DNA of 63,920 bases, filler included, from Rozella allomycis CSF55 (lineage: Eukaryota): NCBI GenBank assembly GCA_000442015.1. It is 7 parts of 7 records of this genome, joined end to end, with 100 filler letters (N's around TTAATTAATTAA, not from the genome) between each part and the next. Parts side by side here need not be neighbours in the genome. Positions count along the whole stretch, not along the records: positions 10,985 to 30,940 come from KE561198.1; positions 31,041 to 39,708 come from KE561201.1; 5 more parts are not named here. One strand, 5' to 3'. The position numbers were made by a program, and so were the translations under genes. The notes below the pieces were generated by a model that was not told where the DNA came from, made no database searches, and worked only from the letters and a program-made list of their open reading frames with translations. Of this stretch, positions 23,218 through 36,419 are shown one piece after another; position 1 is the first letter of the stretch; each line of letters begins with the position of its first letter.

Positions 23218-25776
23218 TCAAGCTGCTAAAGCGCTAGTTGCTGTAAGTGGAGGTTCTGCTCCTACTCTTGGCCTAGGCGTACTTTTGAATCTTCTTTTAT
23301 ATCCATGGCGATATCTCGTAAATGTCTTGTCAAATTGATCAAAAGCCGTAGTAAGCTGATCTTCTACTGCTCTGCAAATTTGGTTCTTAATTCTTGCTTT
23401 ATAGAAAGGACCAAAAACTTTGTACATATAACTATGAAGAAATCTTAAATTCTTTACTCGTGCTTTGATTGGTGAACTTTCATATCAAGTCTGTCAATCC
23501 AGCATCCAATTGATTGCAGCACGAAAGTTCCCATCTCTCTCTCCCTTTTCGGTCTTTTTGACACATTCATTGAAATCACCATTCCATCTCCATGCATTTT
23601 AAAATCAACAAGTCCATTATCTACCAGTTTGACGAGACCGGTTTTCTTTCTCAAAAAGAACTGAATATTCTTGAGATCCATATGAATTGCACCCCTATCA
23701 TGTTAAAATATATCCCTTACAGTGTTATATTTGATCCTTGTAGCCACTCTTCTGGAGAAGGTATTCCAGCACCTCTCTCCACGTGTAAATGCTGGGTCGC
23801 CTGGACATCTAACAATTTAGGTAACAAATTATCCATAGCCAAAACAAGGTTTTCAATAACAAGATCGTAGTCAGCATCTAAAATTTCAATTCTTGGGACT
23901 GGGATATATTTAAATTGATTAAGCAATACAGGAAGAAGGCCTGCCCTCAAATCCTTCAGCATTGAAACATCAAAAATTTGACTGTATACGTCGTTGAACA
24001 TACTTGAAGAATCTTTAATCATTTTGTTGCTGATCTCATCTGCTTTATACGCATCTGACAAATTGTTCCACTCGGTTCTTAACCTTTCAAATAAGCGTCT
24101 ATAACCTCTCGTATCATCGTCTTTAAGACTTCTTCCTCTATCCAACAAATATCTTCCTCTTTCATAATATTCCCTTGTGTTCATATATGAAGGCTCTCTT
24201 AAACATTTGTCCACAAATGATTGCCAATCAAAAAAGAAGTCTTTAAGAGGATAGTCTTTGGCGACTGCTAATCTTAAATCACCCATAACGTCAATAAAAT
24301 TGTCCAAGGATAAACCTCCAAGAAAAGATTCTATCACCGACTTGAGATCCAACGTTGCTTGTTTCAAATTAGCATCATAACGAAGTGCAGGTGGAATAAC
24401 TGGTGTTGTTTCAGATAACGGAGATACATGGCCTTTTGTTCGTTTTTTGAAAAAAGATGGTATCTTTCTCTTTTTGTGCACTTTTGGTGGTAACGACTCA
24501 GTTGTAGGCACACCTTCTTGACTGGGCCCGGTTTCTAAACGAACAATGTCGGCTGCTTGTTCTTGAGGTGATTTATGCCTCCTTCCAAATAGTAAATCTT
24601 GCCTTGTCTTTAGTCGCCGCAATACCATAAACATGCTTTCCAACGTATCCGCAAATTCAGGCTGTTTTCCCAAATCAGCTAAAACTCTTCTTAACTTCTT
24701 CAATAAATTGTAGTCATCAACTCTCATTCTAGGCACAACACGTTGGGTTGTTTCTTCTTGTTGCACCGGCCGAGATATCTCTTCGGAAGATTCCTTAATA
24801 ATTGGTAATTTTTCCAATGCAACACTTGATCTTGGAGTGGGCAGCTGGCTCCTTTGGCTTTCAGTCTCTTTGGAATGTTTATGTAATTTTTGATGAACTT
24901 CTCTCAATTCTCTCTCCGTCCTTGACATTTCTCCATAAGTCGCACTTCTCTGACTTTGTGTTTCCATAGTCCTAACACCTCCCGACCTTGATGCTGTCAC
25001 AAATGATTCACCGGTTTCGAATTGACAAAACTAATAGAAATTACCTTGCACAGAATGTTGGTGTGTTGGAGATTCATGTTCTTCACCGGTTTCAATGTAC
25101 TCAGACTCTTTTCTTTCTTCTCTTAATAAATCCGAAACAATTCTTCGAGAATCTTTTAAAATAAAACGAAATTCATTGGAGGACATTGTCAATCTTTAAA
25201 CGTATATATAAATGTAAGCTCTTACCTTAAGAATTTGTAAATAACAGACATATCTTTTCTTGTCTGTTCAGACAGTTTACGTCTTTGGAAGAAAGACCTT
25301 TTTGTGGTAACTCCGCCAACCTTTATTGTTCTGCGTCTTTTGGTATGAAAAGTAATTTGACCTGTCTTTCCTACTTCGACTTTATCCAGAGAAGAAAATA
25401 ATAGTTACCCATAGCTGCATCTGCAGCAAGTCTTGTATGGTATATCAATTGCTGAAGTTTTTCGTCATCATTTTTATATTTAATGACCTCTTCCATGTCA
25501 TTCAGTAGTTTTTGAAGATCGCTCATAAATTTGGATCCATTTGGACTCATTTTCTGTATTTTTGACTGTTCGAAAGCACTTGAGGATAACAAACGCCGAA
25601 TAAACCGAACAATTATGTCATTTGGAAGGAAGTAAACCTTTTCTCATGTTTTCTATGAGAACCAAAGTTCTTCTCTGTTTTTCCATTTCACGTTGACGTG
25701 TAGACTCTGATATTGTCGTTATAGGAAATTGAGTTCGAAATCTTGGTCGTTTTGGCTTTCGCTTTAGCAAAGGCAT
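23218..25776 (-). CDS. HAM1-like (DUF5923/DUF4449) fungal BPI/TULIP-like protein
   Basis: N-terminal G-LPSN motif (1-nt homopolymer slip near 25620), KNDDEKLQQLIYH, YIPVPRIE..DLVIENLVL..DNLLP, KKKTG-like FLRKKTG. Confidence 0.7.
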
Positions 25777-25884
25777 ATCAAAAGTTAATTCATCATTGTG
25801 ATTTCAATATATATAAGACCATAAAAGAAACTTTGATACATCAGTGATACAATTTAACTTTATCAAATATAATATCAGCAATCT

Positions 25885-27070
25885 TTATTGACTACAAGGT
25901 ATTAAATCTAATTGTTCCACTTTTTTATAATATTTTATGTCTTTTTTCATTCGCTGTTTAACCTGATGCATATGTTTCCTTGATAAATCAGGGATTTCGA
26001 AATAGTCTATCGCCGAGTATTGAGTTTTGTATTTGACTATTCCAAGCTGATTTGATTCTTCCAAGTTTGCGCAATATTGAATATAATTTTTTATGTGACC
26101 CTTTACATCAATGTCATAAATCCTAAAGGCAGGTTGATGTTGTGGCAAAATGGAAGGATTTAGGAACTGAGTGGCCATTTTCTTAGAAGACAAGAATCTA
26201 TCAGTGTGAGCATGTCCAAAAAGCATTCCGCTTACAATAGTGGAGTTTACAGTCTCCTTGAATTTTTCTAGACAATCGATCTTCCAAACATACTTCGAGG
26301 CTGAATGATGACCCGCAATAAAGACAGCTTGGTGGCGACTTTTAGCACTTGCAATTTGATCTTTCAGATAAGTTAACTGATGGTGACCAGGTGTACCCCT
26401 TCCGCAATCAGCGTGAATGGAGTTTGCTAAAACAAAATAGTTTGTATTTAAAACAATTAAATTCATATTCTTTGTTTGATAAGTATAGTAACCTCCTTTA
26501 AGAAACGTGTCTTTGTAATCGGAAAAACCAGTTAAGAGTTCATACGATTCATACAGGCCTTTAAGGTTAGCATTGGGCCCTTTGTCTAAAATATCATGGA
26601 TAAAGAGGTCGTTATTTCCCACAGCAGGAAGAATAATTGATTTTGGAAGCGACTCTTTCAATTTTCTCATTACAAACTGGCTTGTTTGAAGAATCTCATC
26701 GACAGTTAAAGGTATATTTGGATCTGAATTATGCCTTATATTTCAATTAAAGACATTAATACCTGACCGTATCACCTGTTACCACAAGTAAATCAATATC
26801 AAGCTTGGTTTGGTTTACTAGATTTGAGCTCCCATTTAAAGCATTCAAGGTATCGTGTAGTAAATTAATGTTTGTATCACAGTAATGGTAGCCATATTTC
26901 ATTTTAATTGAGGAGCCATGACAATCGGCCCTTTTGTTTCTCGTGTTGGATTGCAAACCCATTCTTGAGGAATAAATAATATGCGGATCATAATGTATAT
27001 CGGAAATAACTCCGATTTTTAATGCTGAAATGCTGTGGAGAATAGCAATTAAGGTGATGAGGTATATCAT
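25885..27070 (-). CDS. Secreted calcineurin-like metallophosphoesterase (SMPDL3/acid sphingomyelinase/endopolyphosphatase-like)
   Basis: Signal peptide; SDIHYD, TGD, GNND, GHH and FGHAHTD motifs. Confidence 0.88.
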
Positions 27071-27326
27071 ACCCGATACCCTTGGCAACTGACGTTATGA
27101 AACCGCAATTTTTAGAAACTTGGAAAGAAAAAGGTAGTTAAAAAATGAGTGATTCTATATCATTCTATTATGACAAATGAGTAATAAATAGAATCTGTTG
27201 CTAATAAATGTAAGAAACAGTGTGGGCCAATGGAAATTAGAATTGAAGTAGACTACTTCTTCTTGAAAATCGTAACGATTATGAGGACAAAACAATTTAA
27301 ATAAAATAAATCTTAATGGAAACTCT

Positions 27327-28678
27327 TTATTGCTTAAAAAATTGTAAAACAATTTCTGCCGGAGAATCAGTAGACATTTTCTCTGCAAGTACCTTTGCAT
27401 TCTCTCTTAAACTTTTCAAATTAGCCGACGCCTTGTCCAAAATATTCTTGACCTTTCCTCTTGTAATCTTTGATATCACACCCCCATTATACCCTAAACC
27501 CGATCTTTCCACAACATCCGCCCAAAACGGTTGATCAGAGGCGACAACACACGGAAATACAATACAAGGGCATCCATAGCATAAACTAGTTTGCACAGTT
27601 CCCGCCCCACCATGATTAACAACCACAGAACAATCCGGAAACAGCAAATCATGAGAAACGGGCTTCTTGAGCACCAATATCTTGTCAGTAGATTCAACAA
27701 ACACTTTATCATTGCAATGAATGATAGCATAAAAGTCACAAGCATTCAAACAATCAATAATCCCATTTCTAACAACCTCCAAAGTCTCCCTTGCCTTTTC
27801 CTCCGAATCAAAGGCGACTCCAAGCATGCTCCCCAGCCCAACATACACCAGCATTTTCCCGCCACTCTTAGCCTTCCCAACAAACTGCGCCAGCTCATCC
27901 GGAAGCGACTCCTTCTCCAAACCCCTATATCTAGAAAACCCAACCACATGCTGATTATCCGGCCAATCCTGCGGCTTCTTTAGCAAATGCGGACTATAAA
28001 AGTAAAACGACTGCACGCCAAACTGCAGCTGTGCCTTTGACGGCAGCATGTCGATATGCCACGGCTCCAGATTGTTCTCCGCGCACACTTGCTTGATGAT
28101 CGGCACATTGATCTTGTTGTGGAATGCTGATTCGGTGCTCGTCCATATCCATTTGTTTAGGAAAGTAAAGTAAAAGCTGTAGCCTAGCCCCGAGGTTGTT
28201 GGCAGATGCTCAGAGGTTGGGTAGGCGGGCACTGTGTGGAGAATACATAATTTGAGATGCGGCATTTTGTTTAGTATGGCGAGGATTCCGCCCTGCGTGG
28301 TGATGAATGGGAGAGCGAGGATTGTGGGGTTGTAGGTTTCGATTGCTTTGAGGATATCCGATGTCCTATTCAAGTAATTAGGAGAGGGTACCATGATTTG
28401 TATAGAATGTTAAAGAGTGCTTTGCATCTGCCGAGCATGTTGAACAAGTTTGCAGATTTGAGGTCTTTACCTTGCTGTGTTTCGTTTAGAGTTTGTAGTA
28501 TTGAAGGCTGGATGCTAAAGTATTCGAAATTGTGTGATTTGATGAAAGACTCGTATTCTGGATGGGCTCCTAGTATGAATGTGTAGGAGCTGTCTAATTT
28601 TTGAATTGCTTGGGCTAGAGCGATGAATGGTTGGACGTCGCCACGCGATCCAACGCAGGGAATCAGAACTGTTGGCAT
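27327..28678 (-). CDS. Sterol 3-beta-glucosyltransferase-like GT1 glycosyltransferase
   Basis: GSRGDVQPFIAL, KPQDWP, VYVGLGSM, HDLLFP..VVNHGGAGT..DQPFWA; the two ORFs are joined by a 26-nt intron near 28365-28390. Confidence 0.9.
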
Positions 28679-29456
28679 TCCAGAAATTTCAAATTGTAAA
28701 GATTTAAACACCAGGTTCACCCGATTTCGTAAATTTTCTAGGTAATTTGAAACCGATTTTACCTACAATTTTTTTCGGAACTCATCCATGCCTTCCGAAT
28801 GGCAACATGCATTTCAAAACTACAAAAACAGGATCACAACAGAANAGTTGATATACTTTAAAAAAATAATTATATTTTTGACGAAAGACATTAATTTTTT
28901 TCTAAGTTGAATATTCCCAGCGTTAATAATGACATGCCAAATGCCATTACGGCGCAGCCNTGCATGGCCGGTGACTGGCGACTGGAGGTTGCTAATTTTC
29001 TAAGAAAAGGAGCAAAGGGGAGCTTGACATTCACGATAATCCTCTTCAAGGAATAGAATATTGAAATTTTTCATACTGTTAACTGTATCAATGTAGAAGT
29101 CCTTTTGATGGAAGGCAACTTGATTGAAGACAGAAATGTCAAAACGCTTTAGAGTTAGAGATCAAGGTAATGACCTGATTCTCCGACAAATTTCCTTAAG
29201 GCTTCATGAATGTAGTACAAAAATCGTTGTCCTCTGCGTCAAGAAGAAACAAGTAAGCTGCCTGTGAATTAGGAATTGCAGGGAAAAATGTCTTTTTGAA
29301 AAAGAACCCCCGATGACAAAACAAGAAATAGGTGTTTTCAAAAATAATTAATTATTTTTTTAAATAAGTTAAAAAAATCTATTTAATTTTATGAGTAAAT
29401 TTGTCCTTCAAAACTTCAAGAGCATAGGAATGAGCCATGAGGATGTCTATTTCTTN

Positions 29457-30524
29457 TAAACAGAACCACCGAATTATCCGAATATCAAAACAGAACCACC
29501 GAACGGGGAATTCCTTGCGACAATAACAATTTTGATTATGAGCTTTCTGAAGAATTATATGATAACGAGCGACGAGAGTACTGATACTACTGAATGCGAG
29601 GAAGAGGCCTCATCCCATAATAAAAGGCAACATCTCGNAATACTTTTGGTTACCGTGAACGGTTGGAATTACGTGCCGGCGATGTCCATTAAATTTCAAC
29701 AATGCTAAATGAAACCCAACAGTCGCATTCTCTGGCGAAGCTGGTATAAAGTTCTGAGAGAGTAATGGCGGTAAATGTACCTAACAGGGAACCTTCCGTA
29801 TGAAACAATATGGAAGGTAATTGCNACTTGAGCGATTGCGTTGATATCAATCAAGCCAGACTTACTTAAAACGATCATAAGAAGTAAAACATGCAGCGGT
29901 AGAAACTGTTCTGTCTCTGATTGTCATGAACCTGCATATTGCCGATGCACATCCCTCCTATTAAATCCCGTTTTCCGTGACAGTCATGGTTCATTGCATG
30001 TGGGTAATATGATGGCGTGCTTAGTAGTTAATAAAAAGCAAGAATATCAATTGAAAGGAACGGAGCCTGTGAAGAAAATACTTTTGGTTACCGTGAACGG
30101 TTGGAATTACGTGCCGACGATGCCCATTAATGAATACTTTCTCAAAACTTTATACCAGCTTCTCCAGATAATCCTACTGTTGGGTTTCATTTAGCATTTT
30201 TGAAATTGGGGCGGTCCATGTACCTAACAGGGAACCTTCCGTATGGAACAATATGGAAGGTAATTGCAGATCAATTTGACATTCCCATACAACGCAACCT
30301 TGATCATAGATTTATGGAAACACTTTAACAATAAATTCTGCTTGTAACATCTCTGGTATTTTCGGTTGCATTTGCGCTCATGGAAAACTTAGAGCATTGA
30401 ACGGGGAGAAGGGCTCAAGTATGCGGTCTCGATTTTAAGTGATATTAAAGAATTGTATTCAAATACTCAAATCGCTTTGGGCTATGATGTTATGTGTAAA
30501 CTGCAGTCATGCCAAGTAATTTGT
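29457..30524 (+). mobile_element. KDZ (Kyakuja-Dileera-Zisupton) transposase remnant with upstream CxC cysteine domain
   Basis: NISGIFGCICAHG (30346-30384), ERGEGLKYAVSIL...ALGYDVMCKL (~30399-30503), CSVSDCHEPAYCRC; fragmented. Confidence 0.7.
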
Positions 30525-30836
30525 GGCTAAATCTATACACACCCGGGGTGTCTGAACACCCCCGGTTCAGAGTACGCGTATTTGAATGATTGTGATTGGA
30601 TGGTGCTGGGCTGCGCCGTATTGGCATTTGACATGGATTTATCATGGCTGGCTTGGGTTTAACTTAGAAAATATTTTGGTCTTCTTCAAAAAAATAGAAA
30701 AAATTGTCATGTTAAACTGAATAATTAAATGTTAGTTGTTACTATATATTTATTTATTCAGCTGGAATTCATCTTTGGATAGTGATGGACTATTGTGGTA
30801 TTGGACGCTTAAGACCACTGGTATTTGAAGTTTTTN
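30525..30836 (+). mobile_element. GGCTAA-type transposon terminus with hairpin
   Basis: GGCTAAATCTATACACACCCGGGGTGTCTGAACACCCCCGG; subterminal 30609-30720 is similar to the reverse complement of 28846-28959. Confidence 0.55.
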
Positions 30837-31040
30837 GCAGCTTCCCTAGAATCAAAAACGTCTATATCAACGACTCCTCTAACATCAGCAGCGTTTTGAC
30901 TGAAAGACCAAACCTGAGAATTGAGGTCACGTGACCTGCANNNNNNNNNNNNNNNNNNNNNNNNNNNNNNNNNNNNNNNNNNNNTTAATTAATTAANNNN
31001 NNNNNNNNNNNNNNNNNNNNNNNNNNNNNNNNNNNNNNNN

Positions 31041-33250
31041 TCTCTCGTTTTCAGTCAGATACGTACTCGAACACATTTTACCAACAATATTCTCAGTTAT
31101 AACAGGAGGTTTCTGTCGACTCTCTAAACTTTTTAAATTATATTTATCCTTTATCGCTTCATCAACATCAATATCATCATATATTTTTTCAAGTAAATTG
31201 CCATAGTCAACCGGCCTTTTTTCTGACCGACCTTCTTATGCTTTCGTTTCATACCTTGCTCGGGAATACGTCGTCCCATTATTTTTAATGTAGTCCATCT
31301 CTTTGTCTGCAAATTCTTAATTTTCAAATTGTTATATCTAAACTCAGTATCGTCACTTTCAATATCCGAATCAACTATTTTCGCATTATACGTGGCATAA
31401 TTTATACTTCTCACATCCGCTACTCTATGTCTCTCTTTAGGTAGTGCATTAAATGAAACCTGAACCTTCTTTCCATCCGGACCTGTTAACGTAGTTATAA
31501 CCTGTCCATCCTCCTTATGTTCAACAACAGCTTGAGCTTGAATTTCAAAAGGTTTTCCCAATATCATCTCGAACGTATGTCCTCCCGTAACAACGTATAC
31601 ACTCACCTGAAACTTAACAAATCAACTTCTACACCATGAACACAACCAACGCATTGACTCGTACTACCATTTGCAGATATCATATTTATCTTTTCATTTG
31701 GACCGATTCCCACTTCCAAAGCCTCAAATATAGATTAATGCATTACATTTATCTGTGAACCACCATCGATTAACACCTGTACTGGCTTTTTATTAACTCT
31801 CGTTTCTATCGTTCCACACTTAGAGTGGTACAAATTTACAAATACAGGCTCACTTGTTTTACCTCTTTCGCTACTGAACCTCCGGTACTTCAACTCGTTT
31901 TGGTTCTGATAACATTCTCAAACTGTTTACGGACAGGGGTAGACAAAGATAAGACTTCCCCTACCGTTAACTCCAACTTCTCATTCAATATTTTTTTAAC
32001 AACATCCTTAGCACCTGGACACATTTCTTGAACATCGCTGCTTAATTTTGTTTTCTTTTTATCACATTGCTTATTCTTTTTCAAATCAAAAGTCACAATT
32101 TTATTCTTTGCCTTTAAATCAACCTTCTCTTCTCTCGCACGTTTTTCAGCACTAACTAACTTATCATAATCCTCATCGCTCTCCTCTTCTTCCTCACTTA
32201 GATCCTCATCCTTACTGTCAAATATAGTCATTATCTCATAATCTTTTCTCGGGAAAGTGGCTGGTTTCTCGCAAACTATGCTACGAATATTTGCATCATT
32301 CCCATTTCTTCCTCTCACCAGATGCATCATTCCACCTTTTCTAAAATTACTTGGGACCTCATCTCCATCTTTAAAATATATTCTATTATTCTTCAAATCA
32401 CACAATCCATCATTAATATCTTTCTTCAACTCTTCACATTTTCCTTTATAACATCCCTCCTTATCACAATAGATACAAACCCTAACAAATTGATTTGATT
32501 TACCTTCGTTATTCTTCATCACCATTAACGTTAATTTCTCCACAGCCTCTGCTAACTTATCGACAGATGTAGCTTCCGTAACACTTTTTTTCTCAATTTT
32601 TTCAACATNCTTTGCCTTTAAAACAACCTCTTCTTCTCTCGCACGTTTTTCAGCACTAACTAACTTATTAAAATCCTCATCGCTCTCCTCTTCTTCCTCA
32701 CTTACATCCTCATCCTCACTGTCAACTATAGTCATTATCTCATAGTTTTTTCTCGGAAAAGTGGCTGGTTTCTCGCAAACTATGCTACGAATATTTGNGA
32801 TGGTATTATCAAACTTCATGGAATACCAAAAAGCATTGTTAGTGACAGAGGCAGTCAATTTACATCAGAATTATGGTTTACCACATTAGAATCTTTAGGC
32901 ATTAAAGTGAANATAAGCTACCAGGGGTAACTTTTTATCGGCCGAATGTAAGAAGTCACTTAGTCGATATTCTTTATCACCTCTTTTAAATTCTTTCAAT
33001 AATTTCTTCTTATATTCATCCCATGACTGGACCGTCTTTCCATCATTTTTAAGAACTAACCCATAGACCTTTTCACGTAAACTCTCGACACAATAGAAAC
33101 GGAACTTCTTCACGAAATCTTCTTCCGAAAAACCTTTATCCAANCTCATCCCATGACTGGACCGTCTTTCCATCATTCTTAAGAACCAACCCATAGACAA
33201 TTTCACGTAAACTCTCGACACAGTAGAAACGGAACTTCTTCACGAAATCT
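31041..33250 (-). mobile_element. Ty3/Gypsy gag-protease remnants from several collapsed copies
   Basis: Gag (FVKKFRFYC...SWDEYKKKLLKEF), Zn-knuckle-like CIYCDKEGCYKGKC, aspartic protease VLIDGGSQINVM near 31750-31785. Confidence 0.75.
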
Positions 33251-33251
33251 N

Positions 33252-34316
33252 TGTTAAATTATTGATTATTGGTATTATTAAAATTCATGGAATACCAAAA
33301 AACATTGTTAGTGACAGCGGCAGTCAATTCACATCAGAATTATGGTTTACCACATTAGAATCTTTAGGCATAAAGTGAATTTAACATCAGCTTTTCATCC
33401 ACAATCTAATGGTCAATGTGAACGAGCGATCGAACAATATTTACGAATCTATTTTAATCAGGAACAAAATAATTGGATTTCGTTATTACCATTATTAGAA
33501 TTTGCATATAATTCATCAACTCAGTCAATGACACGAAGATCACCATTTGANTTTATTGGAATTTGCATATAATTCATCAATTCATTCAACGACACGAAGA
33601 TCACCATTTGAAGTAATCTATGGAGAAAATCCTTATTGAAATATGGAATTATTTAACAGTGGCAATATTCGAGATATTACAAGTTATAATGTATTCAATC
33701 AGGATATGGTGGCAAATTTGATTCAAAATCAACGTATAATGAGGATTATAGTTCGTAACAATATTTTGAATAGTCAGAGTGTTCAAAAGAAGTATTATGA
33801 TCAAAAACATGTAGACCATAAAATTGAAGTGGGTGAGTATGTTTTCTTATCCACGAAACATTTAAAAAGTAGTCGACCAAGCAGGAGTTTGATTCGAGGT
33901 ATATATGACCATTCAAGATAACTTCTTTTCTAAGTAGAAATTCAGTTAAACTAGACATTCCTACCAGCTATGGTATAAATAATAGCTTCCATGTAAGTTT
34001 ACTAACAGAAGGTCCAAAAAAGTTTGAATATGCAACACCATTAGAGCGTGTAAGTAATACAGAACTTGTTTGTGAAATTGATGGTATTCTCAACTCAAAA
34101 TACAACAAAAGGAAAATATTTTATTTAGTTAAATGGAAAGAATGTGAGAATCGTGAGGCAACATGGGAACCTTTAAAAAACTTAACGGATTGCATGGAGA
34201 GTGTGTATAATTTTCATAATGGGAACAAGAATACGCCAAGTCCAAAACCACGCAATTTTTTGAAAAGCCTAGCTAACTATGAAGAACAATCAATGGAATC
34301 CATGGTGAGGGGGAAA
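33252..34316 (+). mobile_element. Ty3/Gypsy (chromovirus) integrase-chromodomain remnant
   Basis: GIPK.IVSD.G.QFTS, TSAFHPQSNGQCER, LEFAYNS, FHVSLL, YLVKWK...ATWEPLKNL chromodomain; PPT GGTGAGGGGGAAA at 34304-34316. Confidence 0.88.
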
Positions 34317-34467
34317 TGTAATGTACACCTTATCGAATCATCTTTCTCATCTGCATCTGATAGAGTCTATCTCCAAAGCCTATGTTGATCATATAAGAAG
34401 AGCTTCCTCGGAGCTTACCCAGGTTATTTATCATAAATAACTTTTAATATATACATTTTACATTACA
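34317..34467 (+). repeat. 3' LTR of the chromovirus remnant (151 bp)
   Basis: Follows the PPT; bounded by a 9-bp inverted repeat TGTAATGTA...TACATTACA. Confidence 0.8.
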
Positions 34468-35850
34468 GCGGGAATATTCTTGATATAGATACGGAAGTTG
34501 AGACAAATGATAATAATGTTAATATTTATGATAATGATCTGGAACAAAATTTGGATGGATTGTACAACCTAGACACGCCACAAACGGTAAACAAATATGC
34601 TCAAATTTTTAAACGTAATACATAAATGCATCTATAATAAGAAAAATTTGAATCATAAATATTTCGGCTCTGGTATTGCCGTGACTAAATCTAGAGTAGC
34701 GAATATATCGTATTGCAAAATGTGCTCGGAATGTATGAGAAATTACAAAATTACAGTGATTAGTCAGTAAGTAATATTTGTGTGTTATTATAGATTTTGG
34801 TTTTGGCTTTACATCGCCGTCGCTCCTTTAAAGCAGGGCAAGTGCTTAATGCTACTTGTGGAAAGTGCAGGGTGTACGTTGACGCGACTTACAAACTCGA
34901 TGAATCAAATCATTGGGTTATTTTGTTTGGCACGGTTGATATGTTTGGTATGTGTGGAATTATGGCGAAAAATAATGCTCTCCGATCGACATTTTTTCAA
35001 AGACACCCCTAATGGAGGGTCATTGGTATATTGGAAATGGTTTTCACGATTGTTTTGAGGAAGATTATGTCCATTTCATGATTTTGGAAAAGTGAAATTT
35101 TTACAATTTTTGAAAAACGATCTCAAAAAAATTGAATAAAAANATATCCTAAAACCTCTATCTCCGTCTTGTCAAAGAAACATTTGGAAATTTAGCAACC
35201 AAATGATTATCTAATAATCTCTGTAACACCAATTTCACATGNATTACTATGATTATGCCAAAAACAAAATTTTAGTGCTTTTGGAAAATATGTATCGGAA
35301 ACGTTTGGTTTTGAACTTAATTTTTCCCGTTAGGAATACATTTATATTTTTTTCAGGTTACAACCTAACACATAATGCCATTAAGAGATTTAACGCTACC
35401 CTGAAGAGTACATAAACAAAAGATAGTAACCATAGATGTTAGATTAAGGGGTTTTTGATTTTGAAAATTATTTAAAAAGAATTTCTAATATAACATAACC
35501 AAGACCAAGATATGGCTAAAAATACGATTAGTAATATTCGTAACTAGTTTTTTGATAAACGATTCTTTCCCAAAAACCTTATCAAGAGAAAATAATTATT
35601 ATGTGTTATTATTGATCTTGAAAAAAGGTTACTGTGACTGTAAAACTGGAAGCATCAGAAGACATGCTTTCACACTTAAAATTTATAAGTTTGAGCCCCC
35701 GTTTAACGGGCAAAATTATTTTCTTCATTTATTAATTAATATAGTCTTGATTTTTGCAGAGTCAAAATCGATTCTGACAAACAAGGCTACCCCAACTGGA
35801 ATAGAGGACGACCAAGTATAGTGGGTGCTGCATTGACTTACGTCTAAATA
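34468..35850 (+). mobile_element. Degraded MULE/Mutator transposase
   Basis: VYVDATYKL...LFGTVD (first D), LCPFH (CxxH), THNAIKRFNATLK (E-region), SWIM-like CDC..H, GRP AT-hook-like tail; many stops. Confidence 0.7.
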
Positions 35851-36419
35851 CAATTGTTTACTAAAAGATGCTTTAATGCATTATTCCTCATTTTTGTCCT
35901 AGGTCATCTTTGAGCAAATTGTTGCGATTTTGAATGGGCTCAACTCAGCTGCATGGCATTGAAAGTGCAAAAAATACCCGATGTCTAGTAGTAAATCGTT
36001 AACTTGTTAAGGAATGGAGTACATGTGATATAAAGAACTAAAAAATACTATTTAAATGAACGCCTGTAAAACGGGTAGTGACAAGCTGAAAATTACTCTT
36101 CACGAGTTGATGGACCGTGGAGAACGAAAAACATCCCCGAGTAGGCTTTTCAGAAACATGGCGAAAAGTGCGTTAAAACTACAAACTAAAGTAACCGCTA
36201 CTTCAATACCACATTTGTCAAATGTTATGCGTCAAGCGNGTGATCATGAACGCGGGGACTATTTCAACGAAGAAAAAATTAATGTCTTTAGTTGTATGTA
36301 CGTAATATGAAAATTATAATTATTTATATAAAACTATATTTGATTTCGCTTCAATCTTAAATCTTTTTCTTAATGACTTCTGTCATCTCTAATCTTTAAA
36401 TCATTAATTACCTAAATAA

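Noticed and set aside
25615-25630. Possible programmed frameshift in the HAM1-like gene (CCT TCC AAA TGA)
   Set aside because: One extra A in a homopolymer is more simply a sequencing error; similar slips occur elsewhere, e.g. ~51120
28365-28394. Frameshift between the two glycosyltransferase ORFs
   Set aside because: Explained by a canonical 26-nt GT-AG intron
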